Positions 1 to 10,204 of a stretch of DNA of 33,325 nt are shown piece by piece. A model generated the notes under the pieces. The model was not told the DNA's origin. It searched no databases and saw nothing but the letters and a program-made list of their open reading frames with translations. How positions within the stretch are numbered: the first letter of the stretch is position 1; every line of letters starts with the position of its first letter. Location: IMG/VR virus record IMGVR_UViG_2619619132_000007; one strand, written 5' to 3'. This DNA comes from a virus (Duplodnaviria > Heunggongvirae > Uroviricota > Caudoviricetes). A program made the translations under genes and the position numbers.

Positions 1-40
1 TAACTTAAGGGTTGTGGTATTACGCCTGATATGATTTAAC

Positions 41-1159
41 GTGCCGATGAATTACTCTCACGATAACTGGTCAGCAATTCTGGCCCATATTGGTAAGCCC
101 GAAGAACTGGATACTTCGGCACGTAATGCCGGGGCTCTAACCCGCCGCCGCGAAATTCGTGATGCTGCAACTCTGCTACGTCTGGGGCTGGCTTACGGCC
201 CCGGGGGGATGTCATTACGTGAAGTCACTGCATGGGCTCAGCTCCATGACGTTGCAACATTATCTGACGTGGCTCTCCTGAAGCGGCTGCGGAATGCCGC
301 CGACTGGTTTGGCATACTTGCCGCACAAACACTTGCTGTACGCGCCGCAGTTACGGGTTGTACAAGCGGAAAGAGATTGCGTCTTGTCGATGGAACAGCA
401 ATCAGTGCGCCCGGGGGCGGCAGCGCTGAATGGCGACTACATATGGGATATGATCCTCATACCTGTCAGTTCACTGATTTTGAGCTAACCGACAGCAGAG
501 ACGCTGAACGGCTGGACCGATTTGCGCAAACGGCAGACGAGATACGCATTGCTGACCGGGGATTCGGTTCGCGTCCCGAATGTATCCGCTCACTTGCTTT
601 TGGAGAAGCTGATTATATCGTCCGGGTTCACTGGCGAGGATTGCGCTGGTTAACTGCAGAAGGAATGCGCTTTGACATGATGGGTTTTCTGCGCGGGCTG
701 GATTGCGGTAAGAACGGTGAAACCACTGTAATGATAGGCAATTCAGGTAATAAAAAAGCCGGAGCTCCCTTTCCGGCACGTCTCATTGCCGTATCACTTC
801 CTCCCGAAAAAGCATTAATCAGTAAAACCCGACTGCTCAGCGAGAATCGTCGAAAAGGACGAGTAGTTCAGGCGGAAACGCTGGAAGCAGCGGGCCATGT
901 GCTATTGCTAACATCATTACCGGAAGATGAATATTCAGCAGAGCAAGTGGCTGATTGTTACCGTCTGCGATGGCAAATTGAACTGGCTTTTAAGCGGCTC
1001 AAAAGTTTGCTGCACCTGGATGCTTTGCGTGCAAAGGAACCTGAACTCGCGAAAGCGTGGATATTTGCTAATCTACTCGCCGCATTTTTAATTGACGACA
1101 TAATCCAGCCATCGCTGGATTTCCCCCCCAGAAGTGCCGGATCCGAAAAGAAGAACTAA
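41..1159 (+). CDS. insL: IS186 transposase (DDE, IS4 family)
   Basis: 372-aa ORF MPMNYSHDNWSAILAHIGKPEEL...; matches IS186 InsL as I recall it, which starts at MNYSHDN (position 47). Confidence 0.85.
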   Translation: MPMNYSHDNWSAILAHIGKPEELDTSARNAGALTRRREIRDAATLLRLGLAYGPGGMSLREVTAWAQLHDVATLSDVALLKRLRNAADWFGILAAQTLAVRAAVTGCTSGKRLRLVDGTAISAPGGGSAEWRLHMGYDPHTCQFTDFELTDSRDAERLDRFAQTADEIRIADRGFGSRPECIRSLAFGEADYIVRVHWRGLRWLTAEGMRFDMMGFLRGLDCGKNGETTVMIGNSGNKKAGAPFPARLIAVSLPPEKALISKTRLLSENRRKGRVVQAETLEAAGHVLLLTSLPEDEYSAEQVADCYRLRWQIELAFKRLKSLLHLDALRAKEPELAKAWIFANLLAAFLIDDIIQPSLDFPPRSAGSEKKN

Positions 1160-1307
1160 CTCGTTGTGGAGAATAACAAAAATGGTCATCTGGAGCTTAC
1201 AGGTGGCCATTCGTGGGACAGTATCCCTGACAGCCTACAAAACGCAATTGAAGAACGCGAGGCATCGTCTTAACGAGGCACCGAGGCGTCGCATTCTTCA
1301 GATGGTT

Positions 1308-1330
1308 CAACCCTTAAGTTAGCGCTTATG
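1308..1330. repeat. IS186 right terminal inverted repeat
   Basis: 23 bp whose reverse complement (cataagcgctaacttaagggttg) overlaps the window start sequence. Confidence 0.7.
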
Positions 1331-2664
1331 TGTGCCTGCCCCCGGCTGGTACAGCCAAAGGCATCCATCTTCGTGACGTTACGACCGTAACGGGCAATGG
1401 CCTGCGTGTCCTCCACAAGCTCTGTCGCCGTCTCCCAGCCGTTATTCGGGTCAATCCAGTTCACCTCAACGGCATTATGGCGGTCCTTCAGGGCGCTGAA
1501 GCTGTAGCGGAACGGCGCGCCATCATCCGGCATCACCACATTACTGCGGTTATAGGTCCACACCTTATCTGATGGTCGGTCCTGCACGAACGTCAGCGTC
1601 TGCCCGTTCCATACCGGCATACAGCGCATCGCCGAGCAGAAATCACTGAGCACATCCCACGCCTTGCGCTGTGTGGTCAGGTACGCATTACAGGTGATGC
1701 GCGGCTCCGTGCCGCCAAAGCCGTCCGGTACTGACTGGTCGCAGTACTGGCCGATGACATACAGCGCCCATTTGTCCACATCCGCCGCACCAAGACGTTT
1801 CCCCATGCCGTAGCGTGGATGGGTCAGCATATCCCACAGACACCAGGCCATGTTGTTGCTGTATGCCGGTTTAAACGTTCCGTCCCAGATACCGCTGTAT
1901 TGCCGCGTCTGCGGGTTATAGTTCGACGGCACCTGCAGAATGCGCCCGCGAAGATGATAATTACGGCTCACCTGCTGACTGCCGAACTGCTCCGAGTCCA
2001 CCTGCACGCCGACCAGTGCCGTGTTCGGGTAGCACTGTTTCACATCGATGATTTCGGTGTATGACGACCAGAGCGTTTTGTTCTGCAACTGGTCTGTGGT
2101 GCTGTCCGGCGTCATCCTGCGCATCCGTATATTGAACGGGCGCGGCGGCAGGTTATCCACCACCACCGAGGCCAGATACTGCGAGGTGGTTTTGCCCTTA
2201 ATGGTGATGTCTTTTTCCGTCACCCAGCCACCATTACGCTGTATCTGAACCAGCAGGCGGACTTCCGACGGATTCCGGTCCCCCTTTGAGGTGGTTTCCA
2301 CCAGTGCCTGCACGCCGAAGGTAAAGCGCAGACGGTCGATGTTTGCAGACGTAATGGTGCGGGTGATCGGCGTGTCATATTTCACTTCCGTACCCAGCAC
2401 CGTCTCGGAGCCGGAGGATTCAAACCCCTCCGGCGGTGTCTGCTCCTGCTCACCGGCACGGAACACCACCGTGACACCGGAGATGTTGGTATTCCCCTCA
2501 GTGTCCAGCACCGGCGTACTGTTCAGCAGCACGCTTTTTAATCCATCCACCGGACCTTCAACCGGCCCTTCGCTGATGGCATCGATCACACTCAGCAACT
2601 GCGTGGACTTCAGGTTGTCCTTCGCTTCGCGCGGGGTATGCCCCTTACTGCTTCCTTTACCCAT
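1331..2664 (-). pseudogene. J: Tail tip host-specificity protein J, N-terminal ~445 codons only, interrupted by IS186
   Basis: Translation MGKGSSKGHTPREAKDNLKSTQLL... follows lambda J to ...TSRGQAH, then reads 19 IS-derived codons to a stop at 1270. The C-terminal ~690 codons of J are absent from the window. Confidence 0.85.
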
Positions 2665-2724
2665 TCCTCACGCTCCATAAATGACAAAACCGCCCGCAGG
2701 CGGTTTCACATAAAACATTTTGCA

Positions 2725-3396
2725 TCAGCGACCAATCACCACAACCTGACCACCGTCCCCTTCGTCTGCCGTGCTGATCTCCTGAGAAACCACGCGAGAC
2801 CCCACGCGCATTTCCCCGTACAGAACAGGCAGAACATTGCCCTGGGCAACCATGTTATCCAGTGAGGAGAAATAGGTGTTCTGCTTACCGTTATCCGTTG
2901 TCTGTGTACGGGGAGTTCTGGCTTTCGGTGCCAGCATCTGCGCCACACCACCGAGCACCATACTGGCACCGAGAGAAAACAGGATGCCGGTCATACCACC
3001 GGTCCCAATGGCTGCCCCCCATGCTGCAAGGGTGGCTCCGGCGGTAAAGAATGATCCGGCAATGGCGGCAGCCCCCAGGACAATCTGGAATACGCCACCT
3101 GACTTGGCCCCGGCGACTCTGGGAACAATATGAATCACAGCGCCATCAGGCAGAGTCTCATGTAACTGCGCCGTTAATCCGGACGTGCTGACATCCTGCC
3201 CGGCAATCCGTACCTGATACCAGCCGTCGCTCAGTTTCTGACGAAACGCCGGGAGCTGTGTGGCCAGTGCGCGGATGGCTTCAGCCCCCGTTTTCACACG
3301 AAGGTCGATGCGGCGGCCAAATCGTTGCAAATCCCCGTAAAGGCAGATGCGCGCCATGCCCGGTGACGCCAGAGGGAGTGTGTGCGTCGCTGCCAT
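2725..3396 (-). CDS. I: Tail tip assembly protein I
   Basis: 223 aa, same length as lambda I and collinear position; overlaps K by ~100 nt as in lambda. Confidence 0.9.
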   Translation of the reverse strand: MAATHTLPLASPGMARICLYGDLQRFGRRIDLRVKTGAEAIRALATQLPAFRQKLSDGWYQVRIAGQDVSTSGLTAQLHETLPDGAVIHIVPRVAGAKSGGVFQIVLGAAAIAGSFFTAGATLAAWGAAIGTGGMTGILFSLGASMVLGGVAQMLAPKARTPRTQTTDNGKQNTYFSSLDNMVAQGNVLPVLYGEMRVGSRVVSQEISTADEGDGGQVVVIGR

Positions 3397-4037
3397 TTGT
3401 CGGTATACCTCTCTCGTTTGCTCAGTTGTTCAGGAATATGGTGCAGCAGCTCGCCATCACCACAGTAAATGGCGGCATGATTCGGCACCGATGAACCAAA
3501 ACAGCACAGCAGCACATCGCCCGGTTGTGCTGATGACAACGGCACCTGATACAGCCCTGTGGCCTCCAGATTATCCAGATAGAGATTCTGACCGTGACGC
3601 CACCAGTCATCCTCGCGATGAAAATCCGGCATCTCAATCCCCGCCAGATGATAAGCATCCCGGAACAGCGTGTAACAGTCCGTCACCCCGTGCTCAAAGC
3701 GCCGCCCGGTGAGATGCGGCACACAGCGGAACTTATGAATCGCCCCCCGGCAGACCAGCCACCACGGCAAATCACTCTGCACCTGCAGCCGCCGGTCGGC
3801 CTCACTCAGCCAGGGCAGACCACCGGGGTGGCTGTGGACCAGTGCCACAATCTCACCCTGCATTTCTGCCTGCAGCCAGTCCTCCGGCGACATACGGAAA
3901 TACGCCTCCGGCTCACCGGAGATATTCACGCAGGGGAAATATCTTTCCCCCTCCGGCGTGCTTACCACGAAGCCGCACGACTCCGCTGGCGCACATCGCC
4001 GGGCGTGCGCCAGAATCGCTGATTCTGTCTGTGTCAT
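3294..4037 (-). CDS. K: Tail tip assembly protein K (JAMM/MPN-like HSHPGG motif; NlpC/P60-like C-terminal region by recollection)
   Basis: 247-aa ORF starting 6 nt after the L stop. The classical 199-aa lambda K corresponds to the internal Met at 3893 (MSPEDWLQ...). HSHPGG motif present. Confidence 0.85.
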   Translation of the reverse strand: MTQTESAILAHARRCAPAESCGFVVSTPEGERYFPCVNISGEPEAYFRMSPEDWLQAEMQGEIVALVHSHPGGLPWLSEADRRLQVQSDLPWWLVCRGAIHKFRCVPHLTGRRFEHGVTDCYTLFRDAYHLAGIEMPDFHREDDWWRHGQNLYLDNLEATGLYQVPLSSAQPGDVLLCCFGSSVPNHAAIYCGDGELLHHIPEQLSKRERYTDKWQRRTHSLWRHRAWRASAFTGICNDLAAASTFV

Positions 4038-4042
4038 GGGAT

Positions 4043-4741
4043 TTACTGCGAAAGTTTGTTAATGGAAAGGAAGCCGCCAAAGTTGCCGACGTTATTGCGA
4101 AACTTACAGCCACTCAGGCATTTGCTGCATTTATCCTTCGTGATATCGGACGTCGGCTGGTCATATTCATCCGCGACAGCCGGACCGCTATAACCGCACT
4201 CGTCACCGCGATAGGTCCAGGTGCAGGTGTTGGCCAGCATGATACGTCCCGGAAAAACAGCGCCATCCGTTTCCGTCGGCGTGGACAGTACAAAGGAGGC
4301 ACTCACCGCGCTCAGTTCGCTGCACTGCTCGATGCGCCAGCGGCTGATCACCTCCTGCTCCGGATCGGCGTCACTGTTTCCGTTGACGAAGTTCACCGCA
4401 TCCAGAAAACGGGCGTAAACCTTACGCCGGACCACCGTTCCGCCGACCAGACTCTGCAGATCTTCCGCCATCCCGGTGACCATACCGTACAGGTTAGAAA
4501 CCGTCAGCGTGGGGCGCGTACTGGTGCCTTTGCCATTCAGTTCAAAACCGCTCCCCTGAATGGGATACGGCTGATACTGTCGCCCCTGCCAGGTGACCGG
4601 CTCACCTTTTTCGTTCTGCTCATTACAGAAAAAATAACGTTCTCCACCGACCTCTGTCAGGTCGATTTCCCAGAGCACCACGCTGGCCGACTGCTCCGCA
4701 CGGGTGCATTCATTCAGTGTTTCCTGCCGGATATCCTGCAT
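4043..4741 (-). CDS. L: Tail tip assembly protein L
   Basis: 232 aa MQDIRQETLNECTRAEQSASVVLWEIDL...; length and position match lambda L. Confidence 0.9.
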   Translation of the reverse strand: MQDIRQETLNECTRAEQSASVVLWEIDLTEVGGERYFFCNEQNEKGEPVTWQGRQYQPYPIQGSGFELNGKGTSTRPTLTVSNLYGMVTGMAEDLQSLVGGTVVRRKVYARFLDAVNFVNGNSDADPEQEVISRWRIEQCSELSAVSASFVLSTPTETDGAVFPGRIMLANTCTWTYRGDECGYSGPAVADEYDQPTSDITKDKCSKCLSGCKFRNNVGNFGGFLSINKLSQ

Positions 4742-5070
4742 CAGTTCACCACCTGTTCAAACTCTGCGCTGAACTCAACACGCAGCATACTGACCCGCGA
4801 CGACCATTTTGCGCAGGTCACCTTTATCTGCCGCCACTCATAAGGCGGCGTCCACAGAAAGGATTTCCAGCCCCCGTGCTCTTCCAGAAACGACTCCAGT
4901 ACCGTGGCCTCCTCACGGGGGACAGAAAGCGTCACGCTGTACGTTTTCAGGTTGGCATTCAGCCCGGCAGGCGCTCGCTGGGAATAGCCATCACCAAAGC
5001 GCACCTTTCTTACAGAAGGGACCGAAGCCACATCCATACCGGGTTTCACTTTCCAGCGGAAGGTCTTCAT
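4741..5070 (-). CDS. M: Tail tip protein M
   Basis: 109 aa MKTFRWKVKPGMDVASVPSVRKV...; matches lambda M in length and position. Confidence 0.9.
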   Translation of the reverse strand: MKTFRWKVKPGMDVASVPSVRKVRFGDGYSQRAPAGLNANLKTYSVTLSVPREEATVLESFLEEHGGWKSFLWTPPYEWRQIKVTCAKWSSRVSMLRVEFSAEFEQVVN

Positions 5071-7628
5071 CGTCCACCTCCGGAGAACAGGCCACCATCA
5101 CGCATCTGTGTCTGAATTTCATCACGGGCACCCTTGCGGGCCATGTCATACACTGCCTTCATCATCTGTGGACCTGGCAGACCATTCGTACCGTCGTTCT
5201 GAATCACCACGTGATTGTTCTGATTAAAATTAATGCCTTCAGCCCGCCGCATCTGCGCCGGACTTCCGGCACCGCCCACATAACCACCTTCCGCATAGCC
5301 CCGCATCAGGCGGTACAGGTTGCCCACGCCAATCCGGCTGGTTGCCTCCTTCGTGAAGACAAACTCACCACGGTGAACAATCCCCGCTGGCTCATATTTG
5401 CCGCCGGTTCCCGTAAATCCTCCGGTTGCAAAATGGAATTTCGCCGCAGCGGCCTGAATGGCTGTACCGCCTGACGCGGATGCGCCGCCACCAACAGCCC
5501 CGCCAATGGCGCTGCCGATACTCCCGACAATCCCCACCATTGCCTGCTTAAGCAGAATTTCTGTCATCATGGACAGCACGGAACGGGTGAAGCTGCGCCA
5601 GTTCTGCTCACTGCCGGTCAGCATCGCCGCCATATTCTGTGCAATACCATCAAAGGTCTGCGTGGCTGCACTTTTTACCTGCGACATACTGTCCGTGGCG
5701 CTCTCTTCCCACTCACTCCAGCCGGACTTCAGGCCTGCCATCCAGCTCCCGCGAAGCTGGTCTTCAGCCGCCCAGGTCTTTTTCTGCTCTGACATGACGT
5801 TATTCAGCGCCAGCGGATTATCGCCATACTGTTCCTTCAGGCGCTGTTCCGTGGCTTCCCGTTCTGCCTGCCGGTCAGTCAGCCCCCGGCTTTTCGCATC
5901 AATGGCGGCCCGTTTTGCCCGTTGCTGCTGTGCGAATTTATCCGCCTGCTGCGCCAGCGCGTTCAGGCGCTCCTGATACGTAACCTTGTCGCCAAGTGCA
6001 GCCAGCTGGCGTTTGTACTCCAGCGTCTCATCTTTATGCGCCAGCAGGGATTTCTCCTGTGCAGACAGCTGGCGACGTTGCGCCGCCTCCTCCAGTACCG
6101 CGAACTGACTCTCCGCCTTCCACAAATCCCGGCGCTGCTGGCTGATTTTCTCATTTGCTCCGGCATGCTTCTCCAGCGTCCGGAGTTCTGCCTGAAGCGT
6201 CAGCAGGGCAGCATGAGCACTGTCTTCCTGACGATCGCCCGCAGACACCTTCACGCCGGACTGTTTCGGCTTTTTCAGCGTCGCTTCATAATCCTTTTTC
6301 GCCGCCGCCATCAGCGTGTTGTAATCCGCCTGCAGGATTTTCCCGTCTTTCAGTGCCTTGTTCAGTTCTTCCTGACGGGCGGTATATTTCTCCAGCGGCG
6401 TCTGCAGGCGTTCATAAGCCTTCTGCGCCTCTTCGGTATATTTCAGCCGTGACGCTTCGGTATCGCTCTGCTGCTGCGCATTTTTGTCCTGTTGACTCTG
6501 CTGCTCAGCCTTCTTTCGGGCGGCTTCAAGCGCAAGACGGGCCTTTTCACGATCATCCCAGTAACGCGCCCGCGCTTCATCGTTAACAAAATAATCATCC
6601 TTGCGCAGATTCCAGATATCGTCCGCTTTCTTAAACGCGGCCTCTGCCTTAATCAGCATCTCCTGCGCGGTATCAGGACGACCAATATCCAGCACCGCAT
6701 CCCACATGGATTTGAATGCCCGTGCTGTCCTGTCTGCCCAGGTTTCCAGCGTGCCCATGTTCTCTTTCAGGCGGCGGGTCTGGTCATCAAACCCTTTCGT
6801 TGCGGCCTCGTTCGCCGCCTGCAATGCCCCGGCTTCATCGCCGGAACGCTGCAACTGAGCAACATACGCAATCTGCTCCGCCGTCACGTTATGGAACTGG
6901 CGTGCCATCGCCGTCAGCCCCGACGTCGGGTCTGTGGTCAGCTTCCCGAAGGCTTCAGCGACCTTGTCCACCTCCACGCCGGATGCAGAGGAGAAACGCG
7001 CCACACTCTGGCTGATGGACGCAATCTGAGCCTCACCGCTTACCCCCGCCTTAACCAGTGCGCTGAGTGACTCGCTGGTCTGGTTAAACGTCAGCCCTGC
7101 CGCCTGCCCGGCTCTGGACAGGACCAGCATACGATCTGCCGTCAGTCCCGCCTGATTGCCGGAAAGGACCAGCGTTTTGTTGAAATCGGACAGGGTTGAG
7201 TTGCCCTGATACCAGGCATACGCCAGCGCTCCGGTCGCCACCGCCAGCGAGGTAGCCCCCACCATCGGCAGGGTGATCGCACCGGCAAGCCCCCGGAACA
7301 TGGGGATCATCCCGCCGAAGGAGTCCTTCACCTGACCCCCCTGTTGCAGCAGGATCAGCCACGGACTTTGCCCGCCTGCAAGCTGCGTGGCCACGTCGGT
7401 GAACTGTGCAGGCAGCATACGCATGGCGGCTTTATACTGCCCGACGGAAATCCCCGCTTTCTGTGCAGCCAGCGCCTGTCGGCTCAGCGACTGTTCAACG
7501 ACTGCCGCTGTTTTTTTCGCATCAGTTTCCGTACCGGAAAAATGACGCCTGACTCTGGCCATCTGCTCGTCAAATCTGGCCGCATCCAGACTTAAATCAA
7601 CGACCAGATCGCCTACCGGTTCAGCCAT
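5067..7628 (-). CDS. H: Tail tape measure protein H
   Basis: 853 aa, same length as lambda H; Ala/Gln-rich coiled-coil centre and Gly-rich C-terminus; sits between G-T and M. Confidence 0.92.
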   Translation of the reverse strand: MAEPVGDLVVDLSLDAARFDEQMARVRRHFSGTETDAKKTAAVVEQSLSRQALAAQKAGISVGQYKAAMRMLPAQFTDVATQLAGGQSPWLILLQQGGQVKDSFGGMIPMFRGLAGAITLPMVGATSLAVATGALAYAWYQGNSTLSDFNKTLVLSGNQAGLTADRMLVLSRAGQAAGLTFNQTSESLSALVKAGVSGEAQIASISQSVARFSSASGVEVDKVAEAFGKLTTDPTSGLTAMARQFHNVTAEQIAYVAQLQRSGDEAGALQAANEAATKGFDDQTRRLKENMGTLETWADRTARAFKSMWDAVLDIGRPDTAQEMLIKAEAAFKKADDIWNLRKDDYFVNDEARARYWDDREKARLALEAARKKAEQQSQQDKNAQQQSDTEASRLKYTEEAQKAYERLQTPLEKYTARQEELNKALKDGKILQADYNTLMAAAKKDYEATLKKPKQSGVKVSAGDRQEDSAHAALLTLQAELRTLEKHAGANEKISQQRRDLWKAESQFAVLEEAAQRRQLSAQEKSLLAHKDETLEYKRQLAALGDKVTYQERLNALAQQADKFAQQQRAKRAAIDAKSRGLTDRQAEREATEQRLKEQYGDNPLALNNVMSEQKKTWAAEDQLRGSWMAGLKSGWSEWEESATDSMSQVKSAATQTFDGIAQNMAAMLTGSEQNWRSFTRSVLSMMTEILLKQAMVGIVGSIGSAIGGAVGGGASASGGTAIQAAAAKFHFATGGFTGTGGKYEPAGIVHRGEFVFTKEATSRIGVGNLYRLMRGYAEGGYVGGAGSPAQMRRAEGINFNQNNHVVIQNDGTNGLPGPQMMKAVYDMARKGARDEIQTQMRDGGLFSGGGR

Positions 7629-8459
7629 ACCGGACTCCTCCTGCGATCCCTTCTGATACTGTCATCAGCATTACGTCATCCTCCGTCATGTCCGCCACAT
7701 CCGGGGAAGCGGGGATAACTTCATTCCCGTCCGGGCCAAAGCGGACACCTCCGGCAAGCCCTGCCGCTTTCTGCATCAGCACATCATCTTCAGGCTCTTC
7801 GTCAGCCTCGCGCCGGTTCAGCAGACTGAAATCCAGCGGATGCATATCCGGATCGCTGAAAAACAGGCTGAGCACGGTGTACGTCAGCCCGGAAAAGTGC
7901 ATATCCAGCAGAACATCATGAAAATAATGGGTACTGTAAAAGCGGTGCCAGTCGGCATACTCCGTGGATGACATCCCGGCAAGCATGGCACGCCAGTCGG
8001 GTCTCCCCATCTCACGCGCCAGTTTCAGGGCAAAACTCAGCTCACCGTCGAACACTTTCCCGCAGAAACAGGCTCTGCGGGCCCGGCGTCCTCTGTCTGT
8101 TCAGGGGCATTATTCACCACAAACTCATACATACCAGACAGCCGGTACACCACGTTTTCAGCATGAGAAATTGCCTCCGTGGGCCAGGTGGTAAGCACTT
8201 CCTGCTCAATCTGTTTAACGGCTTCATTCATGGACGGCATCTGCGTCTTCTGCGGATGGTTATGCCACAGGGACATCGCCACCAGAAACGCGCCGGTTCT
8301 GATGGCGTCTTCCACAGTAAACTTCCGGTTGCTGTCTGACTCCGCCTGTTCTGCCTGCCGTTTCATCAGGGCGAGATGCTCAATGCGCTGCAGGGCTGAC
8401 AGTTCAGAAAGCGTGACGGTCACACCGTTATGTTCAAATGATTCGGTTTTCAGGAACAT
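7621..8459 (-). CDS. T: Tail assembly chaperone G-T fusion, made by -1 programmed ribosomal frameshift (T frame 7621..8055)
   Basis: T-frame ORF (144 aa) overlaps the 3' end of G; G GGA AAG heptamer is in frame in G. Organisation is identical to lambda G/G-T. Confidence 0.8.
8037..8459 (-). CDS. G: Tail assembly chaperone G
   Basis: 140 aa MFLKTESFEHNGVTVTLSELSALQRIEHL...; matches lambda G; slippery site lies at codons 134-135. Confidence 0.9.
   Translation of the reverse strand: MFLKTESFEHNGVTVTLSELSALQRIEHLALMKRQAEQAESDSNRKFTVEDAIRTGAFLVAMSLWHNHPQKTQMPSMNEAVKQIEQEVLTTWPTEAISHAENVVYRLSGMYEFVVNNAPEQTEDAGPAEPVSAGKCSTVS
8055..8061 (-). promoter_or_regulatory. -1 frameshift slippery heptamer G GGA AAG (G to G-T)
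   Basis: Plus strand ctttccc at 8055..8061 is the reverse complement of gggaaag; in the G frame it covers Gly134-Lys135. Confidence 0.8.
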
Positions 8460-8474
8460 CGCTGACTCTCCGGA

Positions 8475-9215
8475 TTAACTGGCGGTGACGGTAATTTCTG
8501 CAACCGCAGCAAACTCACCATTACCGGATACAACCGGAATGTTGACCTTGCCTGCAGCAACGCCGTTCACGGTGATGGTCATACCACTGACCGACACGGT
8601 GGCTTTTGTTTTATCCGCAGACACCGCACGAAAGCTCTTGTCGGTTACGCCCTCCGGCTGGAAGGCCACGGTCAGCGTGGTGCTCTGCCCTTTCACCACC
8701 GAGGTGCTGGCAGGCGTCACGGTCATGCCGGTTGCCGCTGTTACCGTGCTGCGATCTTCTGCCATCGACGGACGTCCCACATTGGTGACTTTCACCGTGC
8801 GGGTGATCACTTCCTTCGCCGTCACCGCCTTACCGATACTGCTGACCCAGCCACGGAACACATCGACCGTGCCGTTCGGGAAGCGGATTTTATAGGCACG
8901 GGTATCGCCTTCATTAAACCACGCCAGCAGCGCCTGCTGCCCCTGCTCTCCGGGCATCCACGCCAGCGTGAAGCTGGTATCTCCGGCAGATTTCTGCCCC
9001 TGCCCGGTCGCAGTCCAGTCTGCATCTTCATCATCGAGATAGCTGTCGTCATAGGACTCAGCGGTCAGTTCGCCGGGCGTCAGGTCTTTAACTTTTGCCA
9101 GACGCGACCAGTCAACGTCTGAAAGCGGATTCGCATAAGGGTCACCGCTCCCCTTATAAACCCACAGGGTGGTCCCGGCACCTTTCACCGGCATTACAGG
9201 ATTTGGTACAGGCAT
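8475..9215 (-). CDS. V: Major tail tube protein V
   Basis: The ORF in the track extends 10 codons upstream; lambda V (246 aa) starts at MPVPNP...; Ig-like C-terminal region. Confidence 0.9.
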   Translation of the reverse strand: MPVPNPVMPVKGAGTTLWVYKGSGDPYANPLSDVDWSRLAKVKDLTPGELTAESYDDSYLDDEDADWTATGQGQKSAGDTSFTLAWMPGEQGQQALLAWFNEGDTRAYKIRFPNGTVDVFRGWVSSIGKAVTAKEVITRTVKVTNVGRPSMAEDRSTVTAATGMTVTPASTSVVKGQSTTLTVAFQPEGVTDKSFRAVSADKTKATVSVSGMTITVNGVAAGKVNIPVVSGNGEFAAVAEITVTAS

Positions 9216-9222
9216 AGCGTCC

Positions 9223-9618
9223 TCACATTTCATAGGTAATGACATAAGTCAGATCGGCTGAACTCCACAGGCCCGCATCATCGTCGCGCCGGTAGTCATA
9301 GCCGCTGGCCACCATACTGGTGATCAAATCTGACAGTGCCGGGATATCACTCATCACCGGATAAATCCGGGACTCCATCCACGCATCCAGCTCTGAATCC
9401 GGCACCTGAGCAGGCAGGAAAACTTCGATATGCAGCTCCGCCTGCCAGGTATCGCTGTCCAGCTCTTCGCCCGTGTATTCAGCGCCGGTGAGATAAACGG
9501 CAACTGCCGGAAAATCCGCCTCATCAAAAACAGCGGGGCGACCATCAAAAAACGTCGCCCCGGTGTCATGCTTCTCCAGTGCATCCAGTACGGCTGCACG
9601 GAGTTCAGTATGTTTCAT
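9223..9618 (-). CDS. U: Tail tube terminator protein U
   Basis: 131 aa [26 protein letters not shown]...; matches lambda U. Confidence 0.9.
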   Translation of the reverse strand: MKHTELRAAVLDALEKHDTGATFFDGRPAVFDEADFPAVAVYLTGAEYTGEELDSDTWQAELHIEVFLPAQVPDSELDAWMESRIYPVMSDIPALSDLITSMVASGYDYRRDDDAGLWSSADLTYVITYEM

Positions 9619-10193
9619 CGCTTTATTACCATCCTCAGTTGATGCTGCAGCGCATAGCCCAGCTCTTTCGGAAGACGCTCACGCCGTATCCGCTCAATAT
9701 TCTGTTTAAACGCCGTGGTCAGCGGCACCGCCATCGGGATTTTCACCACATCAATGGGGTAACGGTTTTTCCCGGCCACACGCTGCATGACATGCCAGCG
9801 GCCATTTTTCAGTTGCTGAATAAACGCGCCGGGAATACGACGGTTTCCCACCACAAGCACGCTGCCGCCACCTTTCAGGGCTGAACGCTGCCCCTTTTTA
9901 CGACGCCTGCGTCGGGACAGGACAATCCGCGCGTTACCCAGCTTTATTACGGGCAAATCCCCCCGGTTAACCTTGATTCTGGCCTGCGGATTTTTGACCG
10001 TGGCCCTTTTCAGCCTGGCCCTTTCCTTTACCAGTTTCCGGCGTACCTTTGTCTCACGGGCAACCTGTGACGCCGACTGCGATATCGCGGATGAAGCAAC
10101 GCGGTTAATGGCCATTGCGGCGGCACCGGGCACCGCCGTTCTGCTGATACGGCTGAGGTTTTCAACGGCCTGCTCAAGACCTTTTATGGCCAT
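9615..10193 (-). CDS. Z: Tail completion protein Z
   Basis: 192 aa, basic Arg-rich centre; matches lambda Z in length and position. Confidence 0.9.
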   Translation of the reverse strand: MAIKGLEQAVENLSRISRTAVPGAAAMAINRVASSAISQSASQVARETKVRRKLVKERARLKRATVKNPQARIKVNRGDLPVIKLGNARIVLSRRRRRKKGQRSALKGGGSVLVVGNRRIPGAFIQQLKNGRWHVMQRVAGKNRYPIDVVKIPMAVPLTTAFKQNIERIRRERLPKELGYALQHQLRMVIKR

Positions 10194-10204
10194 ACATCCC
10201 CCTT

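Larger units (their letters stand above)
1..1330 (+). mobile_element. IS186 (IS4 family) insertion sequence; left terminus lies about 9 bp before the window start
   Basis: Encoded protein matches IS186 transposase from memory. Right end caacccttaagttagcgcttatg (1308..1330) is the inverted complement of window start taacttaagggttg. J-derived coding sequence resumes directly after 1330. Confidence 0.85.

Noticed and set aside
1270-1330. Last 19 codons of the J ORF in the ORF track (ISANLRVEPSEECDASVPR)
   Set aside because: This tail is read-through into the IS186 terminal repeat, not part of J; J homology ends at about 1331.
3842-4843. 333-aa plus-strand ORF antisense to K and L
   Set aside because: Lies entirely antisense to well-supported lambda tail genes; Pro/Arg-rich low-complexity translation typical of spurious ORFs in GC-rich coding DNA.
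5458-7070. Several plus-strand ORFs of 143-192 aa antisense to H
   Set aside because: Overlap the tape measure gene on the opposite strand; Ser/Ala/Arg-rich compositions mirror the H codon bias, with no start or Shine-Dalgarno context.
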